The notes: generated by a model from the letters alone, not told the origin. DNA of 32,000 nucleotides from an uncultured Candidatus Saccharibacteria bacterium (GCA_964543385.1 CAZIYE010000002.1:60001-92000); one strand, 5' to 3'. Positions 7,958 to 15,369 are shown, counted from the first letter of the stretch. Program-made: numbers and translations.

Positions 7958-8839
7958 TTAATTAGCCTGATTTACACCAGTAATATTGATACGAACAGAA
8001 CCGGTTTCAATATCACCAACACTTGTGTTACACCCTATATGGTTATTTCCAGTGTTTGTATTGATATTATAATCATTGTTAATATCGGCACGATTGTTAA
8101 TATCGACATTAACATCTGTCTGAGCATTGATCACATTCTCATTCTCTGAGTTTGGACCAGTGGTATCGTTTGTGAAATCGGCAGATATGCTATTGCCTGC
8201 TATGTTGCCAAGGTCAATCATAGAAGTATTTCCATTAGCAACATTTTTAATATCGGACGAAATATTAATATCACCTGTCGCTATATTCCCCACTACTGTG
8301 TTGTTCTCAACTTCATTACTACCAGTATTTGAGTCGAAGTCGATATCATTTGAGATGTTTGTAAGATTGTCAACCTCGATATTTACGTTACGGTCAAAAT
8401 TAATTATATTTTCATTTTCTGAGTTGTAGCCAGTGAATTCATTGCTTCCGGTAAAGTCAAGCGAGCCAAAGAGATCGCTAAAATCCCAATTGACAGAATT
8501 ACCATCATTTAACTGGTTGTCAAAATTAAGATCAGCTATAACATCACCAGTTTGATAATCTTCAACTATCGTGTTGTTTTCGATTTCACCATTGCCTGTC
8601 TCAACGCTGACGTCGGCATCATTATTAAGAACGGAATTATTATCTACGCTGATATCGTAGTCCATATCGGAGTTTTGTTCCGATATATTCTCTGAGTTTG
8701 GACCAGTTATGTCATTTGAGAAATCGGAATTGACGTTAGCGTAGGCAAGTCCAGTTCCCACTAATAAGACAAGGGCAGAAATTGCGGCAAACGAACGAGC
8801 TAGAGTTAAAAATTTTTTGTTCATTTTTTTCCTTTTCAT
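7958..8839 (-). CDS. Secreted Asn-rich NTG-repeat protein, shorter paralogue (293 aa)
   Basis: Signal peptide with AYA-N cleavage-like site (LLVGTGLAYANV). Three copies of the same module (TGPNSENxxxxxxD...; SNTGSNEVENNTVVGNIATGDI; TNTGNNHIGCNTSVGDIETGSV). No C-terminal hydrophobic anchor. Confidence 0.8.
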   Translation of the reverse strand: MKRKKMNKKFLTLARSFAAISALVLLVGTGLAYANVNSDFSNDITGPNSENISEQNSDMDYDISVDNNSVLNNDADVSVETGNGEIENNTIVEDYQTGDVIADLNFDNQLNDGNSVNWDFSDLFGSLDFTGSNEFTGYNSENENIINFDRNVNIEVDNLTNISNDIDFDSNTGSNEVENNTVVGNIATGDINISSDIKNVANGNTSMIDLGNIAGNSISADFTNDTTGPNSENENVINAQTDVNVDINNRADINNDYNINTNTGNNHIGCNTSVGDIETGSVRINITGVNQAN

Positions 8840-9084
8840 AAAATTTAATTTAATTCACGAACTTTTGTGTATGTTTGTTTGTACACAGGTGGATTAATAT
8901 ATGCCCCCGTGTATCGACCTTCTTTCATTCTAGTATCGAAAAAGAACTTTCCTACATCATATTCCGACAAATCGAAATGATTAAAGAAAAGTTAATTTGA
9001 TATTTTTCATAATTAAATAGCACCCCTTTAGGTGCTAGAAATAGTTTATTAAACAAAGTGAAAATCTAAAAGCAAAGGATGCAA

Positions 9085-9495
9085 ATGAAAAATTGGCGAC
9101 TCATATTAATAATCGTGATAGTAGTTCTCTTTATTGGGGCTTCATTCGTTCTTTTTGCTAAGAAAGGATTAGTATTCTCGGGAAAAAATAATCAAGAAAA
9201 TATAAGACAAGCTATTTTTCTTGCAAACGGACAAGTTTATTTTGGGGAAGTAGAAACAGAAAATAACAGATACCTAATCGTCAGAAGTATCTACTATTTA
9301 AAGGCGCAGGATCAACTAGATGCAAACAATCCGGACAAAAAGATTTCGATTATTAAACTAGGTGATGAGCTTCACGGTCCAGAGGACAAAATGTATATTA
9401 ACAGGACTCAGGTTTTGTTTTATGAAAACATGAGAAAAGACTCAAAAATAAATGAAGCTATTAACAGGTTCATCGAAAATAAAAATAAAATATAA
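9085..9495 (+). CDS. Hypothetical N-terminally membrane-anchored protein
   Basis: The track ORF starts at ATG 9079. The second ATG at 9085 is better spaced from SD AAAGGA (9074-9079). Has an N-terminal TM helix WRLILIIVIVVLFIGASFVLF. I recognise no catalytic motif. Confidence 0.6.
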   Translation: MKNWRLILIIVIVVLFIGASFVLFAKKGLVFSGKNNQENIRQAIFLANGQVYFGEVETENNRYLIVRSIYYLKAQDQLDANNPDKKISIIKLGDELHGPEDKMYINRTQVLFYENMRKDSKINEAINRFIENKNKI

Positions 9496-9519
9496 GATTC
9501 TCTTTATCTTAGATATATT

Positions 9520-9903
9520 CTAGACAATTTCTCTGATTTTGTTCACTACATCCTCGGGAGTATTGAGAGATTTTACCATATAACCTTTTGCTCCCAGAGA
9601 TATTGCCAGCTTTGTATCGCTATCTACGGATTCGCTGCCAACATTTGTTAGCACGAGTACGGGTATATTTTTTGTTGAATTATCGTCCTTTAGCTTTTTG
9701 AGTATTTCGAACCCATTAATATTGGGAAGCAAAACGTCTAAAAGAATGATATCGGCACCTTCGCGTGCCCTTTGCATAGCAATTCTTCCATCAGTAACAG
9801 TCAGAACGCGGAATCCTTCATTTTTTAATTTTTCCTTATACATTTCTACTAGAGATTGATCATCTTCAATCAATATCACTGTTTTTTTCTTTGCTTTTTC
9901 CAT
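9520..9903 (-). CDS. Single-domain response regulator (receiver only, CheY-like)
   Basis: 127 aa. Acidic pocket IEDD, phospho-acceptor context IILLDVLLP, conserved T (VLVLTN) and K (GYMVKS). No output domain. Starts 17 nt after the kinase stop. Confidence 0.9.
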   Translation of the reverse strand: MEKAKKKTVILIEDDQSLVEMYKEKLKNEGFRVLTVTDGRIAMQRAREGADIILLDVLLPNINGFEILKKLKDDNSTKNIPVLVLTNVGSESVDSDTKLAISLGAKGYMVKSLNTPEDVVNKIREIV

Positions 9904-9920
9904 CTTTGTTCCTTTATTAT

Positions 9921-12098
9921 TTATTTTATAAATGAGGGCAGAGTTATGTGAAATGTTGTACCTTTATTTTTCTCACTCTCGACCCAAATATCTCCTTGTT
10001 GCTTGTTAATTAATTTTTTGGCGATAAATAATCCCAATCCAGTACCACCTGCCTTGATCGATAATTTATTTGGGATTCTTACAAATCTATCAAATATCGT
10101 TTGGATATGTTCTTTTCCAATGCCAACACCCGAATCCTTTATAGAAATTATTACTTGGTCATCATTCTTACCGATGGTAATATTAACTTCTCCTTTATCA
10201 TTCGTATATTTTATGGCATTATCAACAATATTTTCAATGGCATGCTTTGTTTTAATTTTATCTGCGTAAATAAGAGTAGATTTCTTCTTGGTGAAAATTA
10301 TATTGATAGACTTTGCTTTGGCCTTTGACCCTAGATTATCAAGAACTTCTAATATGAGTTTATTCACATCAAAGCTTTGTACATTCAGGGCAACCCTATC
10401 TTCTTCTATTCTTAATGTTTCCAATACATCTTCTACAAGATGGGTCAATCTCTCAGTCGACATATATGCTCTGGTAAAATACTTCTCCTGCATGTTGTTT
10501 AATTTTCCAGCGTCACCATGTAGTATCATGCTCAAATAGCCAGCTATAGAGGTTAAAGGTGTTCTTAGTTCGTGAGCAGTTGTAGTTATAAATTCATTTT
10601 TAATTTGTATAAGGTTTTTTTCTTTTGAGATATTACGTAAAACAATAATAATATTCTTACTTATATGAGTGTTGGACTGTAAGGAGGAAAAAGATGCATT
10701 TAGCCATATTTTTTTACCAAATTTATCTGTCATTTCTTCTTCAATAGCCGTATCTTTTGCTTTGTTGACGCTCTTAAAGAAACTATCGATAATAACAGAT
10801 ATTTTTGCAAGCCCTAAGCTATTTAGAAATATATCGTGATAGTCTAGAGCGATAGTATCATGAGCTGAAAGATGGGTGATTTCTTCTATGTATCTATTCC
10901 AGATAATGATTTTTCCTTCTTCATTTATTACAGCAACTCCGTCATTAACATTAGTAATTACTTTATCTAGAAGCTCACGCTCAGCTTCTGATTGGCAAAA
11001 GAGCCGGCTATTCTCAATTGCAAGACCGATCATGCCAGCTAGTATCTGCAAGAATTGAACTTCGGATTCTGAAAATTGCTTAACTCTTTCATAACTAACT
11101 GATAAAACCCCTATTAATTTCTCATTTGGCATAATCGGTATGCAGACAATGCTACCTTCCTTGTCTTTCCCTAGATATGCTTTACTTTTTTTCGTGTCTT
11201 CTACAATAATTGTCTGCTTCTTTTCGGCGCAAAGTCCGGCGATGCCCTGACCATTTTTAAAACTCTTGAAATTTTTTGGTACTGATTCTCCATCAGATCT
11301 TTTAATCGCTTTGATTATGATCTCTGAAGAGGAATTATTTATTAGCCCAATACTTGCAGTATTTGAATTAAAGGCTGCTAATGTTTCATTCACGGCTGAA
11401 TTTAAAATGGTATCCAAATTTCTAACCTTGAATAAAGCTTTTGATAAGTGATATATTAAATCACTTTTCTTATCAAGGAGATAGGAAGGACTAATAGTTT
11501 TTGTAATCAAATTATTTTCTGAAACAAGATTTACTTTTGTTTGTTTTTTGCCTTTTATAACTACATTTTCGATCAAGTATCTAACAGGAACTGTTAAATT
11601 AAGATTAAGGGCTTCTCTCGGTGTAAACCAATTATAACCATCACTTTCTGAGCTAAGAAAAACCTCGACATCCTTTGGCATCTCGAAGCTAAATAAATAC
11701 CATTCATGGATATCAACACCATAACGACAACGGTCACCTTTGATCTCCCCCTTATAAATAAGCTCTACTTCTGGGATGATTATGCCTGTCTCTTCGAGTA
11801 TTTCTCTGCCCAAACTTTCGATAGGGGTTTCTCCCTCTTCAAGATGACCACCTGGCGTTGCCCAGCAATATGGATACATCCGTCTTTTTATAAGTAGAAT
11901 TTTTCCATTATGCCAAATAATAGCTCCTGCCCCTGCATGCTTTATTCCTTCTGGGGTGTTCAACTCTACTACTGGTCTCGAAGTATTATTAGCTCTTTGG
12001 GAGATAGTCATACAAGAATGACAGTAGTAATAATGCCTACCTTTTTTGTTAACTTCTGTAATTTGTTCGCTCTCACATTTTGGGCAATAAAATTTCAT
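9921..12098 (-). CDS. Sensor histidine kinase: Zn-ribbon, Nudix, GAF, PAS, HisKA, HATPase_c
   Basis: 725 aa. CPKC...CHSC (nt 12012-12086). Perfect Nudix box GHLEEGETPIESLGREILEETGI (nt 11781-11849). GAF-like region (GQGIAGLCAEKKQTIIVED...IPIM...GVLSV). PAS-like region (VNDGVAVINEEGKIIIWN). H-box HELRTPLTSI. N, G1 and G2 boxes (DNAIKYT, DSGVGI, GGTGLGL). No TM segment seen, so probably cytoplasmic. Confidence 0.9.
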   Translation of the reverse strand: MKFYCPKCESEQITEVNKKGRHYYYCHSCMTISQRANNTSRPVVELNTPEGIKHAGAGAIIWHNGKILLIKRRMYPYCWATPGGHLEEGETPIESLGREILEETGIIIPEVELIYKGEIKGDRCRYGVDIHEWYLFSFEMPKDVEVFLSSESDGYNWFTPREALNLNLTVPVRYLIENVVIKGKKQTKVNLVSENNLITKTISPSYLLDKKSDLIYHLSKALFKVRNLDTILNSAVNETLAAFNSNTASIGLINNSSSEIIIKAIKRSDGESVPKNFKSFKNGQGIAGLCAEKKQTIIVEDTKKSKAYLGKDKEGSIVCIPIMPNEKLIGVLSVSYERVKQFSESEVQFLQILAGMIGLAIENSRLFCQSEAERELLDKVITNVNDGVAVINEEGKIIIWNRYIEEITHLSAHDTIALDYHDIFLNSLGLAKISVIIDSFFKSVNKAKDTAIEEEMTDKFGKKIWLNASFSSLQSNTHISKNIIIVLRNISKEKNLIQIKNEFITTTAHELRTPLTSIAGYLSMILHGDAGKLNNMQEKYFTRAYMSTERLTHLVEDVLETLRIEEDRVALNVQSFDVNKLILEVLDNLGSKAKAKSINIIFTKKKSTLIYADKIKTKHAIENIVDNAIKYTNDKGEVNITIGKNDDQVIISIKDSGVGIGKEHIQTIFDRFVRIPNKLSIKAGGTGLGLFIAKKLINKQQGDIWVESEKNKGTTFHITLPSFIK

Positions 12099-12226
12099 GG
12101 TAACTAATAACTATTTATAAATGTAATATCTAGTTTAATTGTAAATCAAACGCATTTTTATATGAAAATATAATAATAAACTTAGTTTACACATATTTTT
12201 TTGTACATTATCACAAACAAATCCTA

Positions 12227-12255
12227 TTGACATTCCAATGTATATATTATACAAT
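12227..12255 (+). promoter_or_regulatory. Near-consensus sigma70-type promoter driving the GC-rich island gene
   Basis: TTGACA (12227-12232), a 17-nt spacer, then TACAAT (12250-12255). The implied transcription start lies downstream of the track ORF start at 12238. Confidence 0.5.
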
Positions 12256-12312
12256 ATAAAGTTCTTATTGTCAATAATGGCAATAGAACAAATGCAAAAG
12301 GAGGCTACTGTG

Positions 12313-13179
12313 ATGCGTGACCACGATTCTTTGTCGGACATAATAGCAGTAAATCGTGCAGTAAGAGACAACATAATCGATGAAGCCCCTGACTACCGGG
12401 CTCGGATATTGCCAGATCCCTTGAGGTTCACTATCGAACAAATTCTGGTAGGGATTGAAAAGTTTGTGGTGTTCCTGGGCGATGGTCCAGGGGCTGGCCG
12501 CACCTTTTTCATGGAGCAACTTATGACTCGGTATCCCGATCAAATCGGTATATTGCCGCTTCATATGACGCGTGCCAGAAGGAATGGTGAAATCGAGGGA
12601 ATCCATGGCCATTTCATGGGTCCTAAGAGCAAGCAGGCATTTCGTCATCTAGAGGAGTCTGATTTCTTCTTTCTCTCCTTTCAACTGGGGATTGCAAAAA
12701 GAAAGAAGCTTGCTGGAATTTCAATGCATGACATGAGTTGTGCAATAGATTCAAGCAAGATTTGGCTCATCGATATGCCAGCTTACGCGATACCCCGGTT
12801 CTCTGGGGTATTCAACAGGACAAGGATAGTCCTGGTCACTGCTCCGCCGGTTGATCATTTGCGAAATCTGCGTCGTCGTGGTTTCTCAGATAGTCAGCTT
12901 GCCGATTGCTATTGGCAGAATGAGATTGGCACATGCGAGCCAGTGACCCTTCCCCCGGTACAGCCGATCGTTAATAAGCGGTGTCGTACTGAGGCAAATA
13001 TGGAGCTGCTTCGGGAATTCGTTCTCGACAGCACGCTTCCTAGCACCCATTCTCCTCCCTGCTTGAGCGGGGAGGAGAATGAATCAAATTATATTGGCCC
13101 CGAAAAACGGAGGCCTTTTTTTGGAGAGCGATATAAATTTATTGGCTTTTCATTGTATGTTATCCAAAATTCAGCATAG
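12313..13179 (+). CDS. Guanylate-kinase-like P-loop protein with degenerate active-site motifs, on a GC-rich island
   Basis: Start refined to ATG 12313, 8 nt after SD AAAGGAGG (12297-12304). Walker-A-like GPGAGRT has Arg (12499-12501) where Lys is expected. MTRARRNGEIEGIHGHF parallels the guanylate kinase TTRxPRxGExxGxxYxF. WLIDMP, VLVTAPP and LRRRGFSDS parallel the Gmk D-I-D, IFI-PPS and RLxxRG segments. Confidence 0.6.
   Translation: MRDHDSLSDIIAVNRAVRDNIIDEAPDYRARILPDPLRFTIEQILVGIEKFVVFLGDGPGAGRTFFMEQLMTRYPDQIGILPLHMTRARRNGEIEGIHGHFMGPKSKQAFRHLEESDFFFLSFQLGIAKRKKLAGISMHDMSCAIDSSKIWLIDMPAYAIPRFSGVFNRTRIVLVTAPPVDHLRNLRRRGFSDSQLADCYWQNEIGTCEPVTLPPVQPIVNKRCRTEANMELLREFVLDSTLPSTHSPPCLSGEENESNYIGPEKRRPFFGERYKFIGFSLYVIQNSA
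13096..13122 (+). terminator. Intrinsic terminator lying inside the 3' end of the island ORF
   Basis: GGCCCCG (13096-13102), loop AAAAA, CGGAGGCC (13108-13115, one bulged A), then T7 (13116-13122). The G+C drop to background coincides with it. Confidence 0.5.
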
Positions 13180-13240
13180 TATTTGTAGCCGTCAAGGTCC
13201 TTATTAACATAATAATCAATATTTGTACCAAAGTATAAGG

Positions 13241-13378
13241 ATGATGATGGTGTCTACCAGAATATTTAAATTATTATTGAAGCTTTTTCTGCATATATAT
13301 AATATGTGGCTGGTAGTGAAATTCTTGAAAATAGTTCTAAATAAAAATGGTCATTGTTTATTGTTCGATGCTAAATAA
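13241..13378 (+). CDS. Possible small basic/hydrophobic peptide (45 aa), speculative
   Basis: Hand translation gives MMMVSTRIFKLLLKLFLHIYNMWLVVKFLKIVLNKNGHCLLFDAK. AAGGA abuts a triple ATG. The stop codon lies within the left arm of the 13373-13409 hairpin. No homology evidence. Confidence 0.2.
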   Translation: MMMVSTRIFKLLLKLFLHIYNMWLVVKFLKIVLNKNGHCLLFDAK

Positions 13379-13409
13379 AATAGAGAAGGGAACCTTCTCT
13401 ATTTTATTT
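13373..13409. terminator. Bidirectional intrinsic terminator downstream of rplT
   Basis: Perfect 17-bp inverted repeat AAATAAAATAGAGAAGG (13373-13389) / CCTTCTCTATTTTATTT (13393-13409) with a 3-nt loop. The outer arm portions supply A/T runs on both sides. Confidence 0.6.
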
Positions 13410-13429
13410 ATTCAAGCGTAAAAATAGTT

Positions 13430-13771
13430 CTATTTGATTTTTGCTATAATGGCATCAAAGGCTTTTGGATCACTGACTGTTAGGTCGGATAACATTTTTC
13501 TGTTTATGTCGATCTTGTTCTTAGCCAACTTTTCGATAAATTCAGAATAGCTCATACCATGGACTCTAACGGCTGCATTGATTCTAACTATCCATAAAGA
13601 TCTGAAGGTTCGTTTTTTGACTCTTCTGTCTCTATAAGAATATTGACCAGCCTTAATAATGGCCTGTTTGGCTAATTTGAATACAGATTTTCTGCGTCCC
13701 TGATAGCCTTTTGCTTTTTTCAGGATTTTCTTGTGTTTAGCACGACGTACTGTGCCGGTTTTTACTCTCAT
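13430..13771 (-). CDS. rplT: 50S ribosomal protein L20
   Basis: 113 aa. [27 protein letters not shown] and [21 protein letters not shown] are classic L20 sequence. Confidence 0.95.
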   Translation of the reverse strand: MRVKTGTVRRAKHKKILKKAKGYQGRRKSVFKLAKQAIIKAGQYSYRDRRVKKRTFRSLWIVRINAAVRVHGMSYSEFIEKLAKNKIDINRKMLSDLTVSDPKAFDAIIAKIK

Positions 13772-13794
13772 TTTTTCTCCAATATGTAGACTTT

Positions 13795-13980
13795 TTAATT
13801 ACTATAAGGCATCATTTTTCTAACTTTTTTTGAATCGCCCTTGCTCAATTCCAGATCTATCTTTGTAGGATTAGACTTGTGTGTCAGGAGGTGGCTTTTG
13901 GCTGATTTCACCCGCAAAACTTTACCAGCTGGGGTAATCTTTACTCTTTTTGCAGTAGCTTTGTGTGTCTTTAACTTCAT
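13795..13980 (-). CDS. rpmI: 50S ribosomal protein L35
   Basis: 61 aa, [21 protein letters not shown]...SHLLTHKS. It sits between infC and rplT in the canonical order. Confidence 0.9.
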   Translation of the reverse strand: MKLKTHKATAKRVKITPAGKVLRVKSAKSHLLTHKSNPTKIDLELSKGDSKKVRKMMPYSN

Positions 13981-13996
13981 GATTTTCCTTGATTGT

Positions 13997-14521
13997 TTAT
14001 GATTTCTTTTCTTCTTTTAATGCAGCTAACATTGCTACGATTTGGTTTCCGGCTCTCATCGGTCTATTCTCATAGCCAAGCCCTGCTTTTTCTGCAAACT
14101 TATTGAAAACGCCCATTGCCACATCAGCAAATGCATTCTCCCTTCCTCTTAGTCTCATGGAAACTTTTACCTTGTCACCACTATCGAAGAAGTCCCTAGC
14201 TTGTTTCGCTTTATATTCAATATCGTGATCACCGATCTTAAAAGTCAGTCTTATTTCTTTTAATTCAACTTCTTTTCTTTTGGCTTTGCTTTCTTTTTCC
14301 TTTTTGGCAAGGTCATATTTGTATCTGCCAAAATCCATAATTTTGCATATAGGAGGGCGGTTTGTTGGATTTATCTCAACCAAATCAAGGCCTTTATCAT
14401 GTGCCAAAGCCAAAGCCTCTTTAGTAGATATAGAACCTAAATTACTGCCATCTTCATCAATAACTAATACAGGAGAAAATCTGATTTGCTCATTAGCGCG
14501 AAGATATTTTTCTTTCTTAAT
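13997..14521 (-). CDS. infC: Translation initiation factor IF-3 with non-canonical start codon (ATT, or ATA at 14524)
   Basis: The track ORF (TTG 14413) lacks the IF-3 N-domain. The frame is open upstream to TAA at 14557-14555 and encodes (I)IKKEKYLRANEQIRFSPVLVIDEDGSNLGSISTKEALALAHDKGLDLVEI. No ATG, GTG or TTG lies in that stretch. SD AAGGAG (14536-14531) is 6 nt from ATA and 9 nt from ATT. Confidence 0.9.
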   Translation of the reverse strand: MKKEKYLRANEQIRFSPVLVIDEDGSNLGSISTKEALALAHDKGLDLVEINPTNRPPICKIMDFGRYKYDLAKKEKESKAKRKEVELKEIRLTFKIGDHDIEYKAKQARDFFDSGDKVKVSMRLRGRENAFADVAMGVFNKFAEKAGLGYENRPMRAGNQIVAMLAALKEEKKS

Positions 14522-14571
14522 TATCTTGTACTCCTTTATAAAGTGAAACTCTGCTTAAAATATCACAAAAG

Positions 14572-15369
14572 TTACTTTTGGTCAACAGTTTGTTGGACAT
14601 CTGACGTTGAAAGAGCTGTTCTTTTTCCAACTATAAGTTTAAGATTTTCGTCAGAACTCTCAACTAATTGGGGTGTCTTGGCGATTTGATGGCCGTTGGA
14701 CAATAAGGGGATCTGGGAACTGGTAAATAATCGAAGTGATCGTGCTCTAAAAATAGAATTATCTTTTTCTTTGGTGCTATTAATGCCCAAGAAGGACGAA
14801 AATCTTGACATCGTTGACTCTTTTGGGCTGATGCTTTGCAGGGAAATATCTAAAAAGTCAGGAGCAATTTTGCGCTGATTAGCATGAAAATTAGAGATTA
14901 TTAATTCTTTGGTCTTCGCCTGTACTATATAATCTTTGAATTCAATAGTTATAGCTGTGGGTGCTTTTAGATCTAAATTTAGAGTAGTCATAAAGGCTCC
15001 GCCATTTGCTGTCCGTCCTATTCTCATCTCAGCAATTCGTCTAAATCTCAAATTATCACATGCCTCTTTCCAATTGCGTGTTCCAATTAGGAGAGACAGA
15101 TCATCTGAGGCTTCTATAGGAATAACTCCCATTGCTTCGCTTTTTCCACATAGGGCCCCTGCTATGTCGTTTGCTACTTCATCTCCACCGACGCCGACAA
15201 TAGTATTGTATTTTTTGCTCAAACCAAGCTCGACTAGCTCTTTTGTGCTGTAAGCTGTTGATGGGTAAGTAAATTCTCCTGAGATACCCAAAAATGATAG
15301 ATAATTCTTGATATCTGCGACAAGAGACCTTTTCTTACATTTTTTCAAATCAAAAATGTAATAATACAT
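14572..15369 (-). CDS. Diacylglycerol-kinase-catalytic-domain-like protein (YegS/BmrU-like), divergent
   Basis: 265 aa. NTIVGVGGDEVANDIAGAL aligns with the GGDGT motif (here GGDEV). GVIPIEASDDLS aligns with the PxGTxNDfa motif. Confidence 0.6.
   Translation of the reverse strand: MYYYIFDLKKCKKRSLVADIKNYLSFLGISGEFTYPSTAYSTKELVELGLSKKYNTIVGVGGDEVANDIAGALCGKSEAMGVIPIEASDDLSLLIGTRNWKEACDNLRFRRIAEMRIGRTANGGAFMTTLNLDLKAPTAITIEFKDYIVQAKTKELIISNFHANQRKIAPDFLDISLQSISPKESTMSRFSSFLGINSTKEKDNSIFRARSLRLFTSSQIPLLSNGHQIAKTPQLVESSDENLKLIVGKRTALSTSDVQQTVDQK

Noticed and set aside
5946-8429. Plus-strand track ORFs inside the Asn-rich genes (5946-6524, 6050-6319, 6696-6968, 7431-7613, 7568-7753, 7955-8149, 8127-8429). 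Many look like Ile/Leu/Val-rich membrane proteins.
   Set aside because: They are antisense shadows. The complement of AAT/AAC/ACT-rich codons yields ATT/GTT/AGT, which gives stop-poor hydrophobic frames. They have no SD or start context, and the minus-strand genes have signal peptides and a repeat architecture.
8990-9040. Hairpin TAGCACC / GGTGCTA upstream of the 9085 gene.
   Set aside because: The stem is only 7 bp and has no U-run on the relevant strand. It is insufficient to call a terminator or regulatory element.
12135-12648. Track ORFs 12135-12374 (minus) and 12271-12648 (minus), and the 12238 start of the plus ORF.
   Set aside because: The minus ORFs run through the promoter/SD region and antisense to the GK-like gene without motifs. 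The ATG at 12238 lies inside the predicted promoter, between the -35 and -10 elements and upstream of the implied transcription start. ATG 12313 has a full SD.
12253-13140. Short shared string ATATAAA on both flanks of the GC-rich island (about 12254-12260 and 13132-13138), considered as a possible target-site duplication.
   Set aside because: A 7-nt A/T-only match is expected by chance in these AT-rich flanks. There are no terminal inverted repeats and no recombinase gene.
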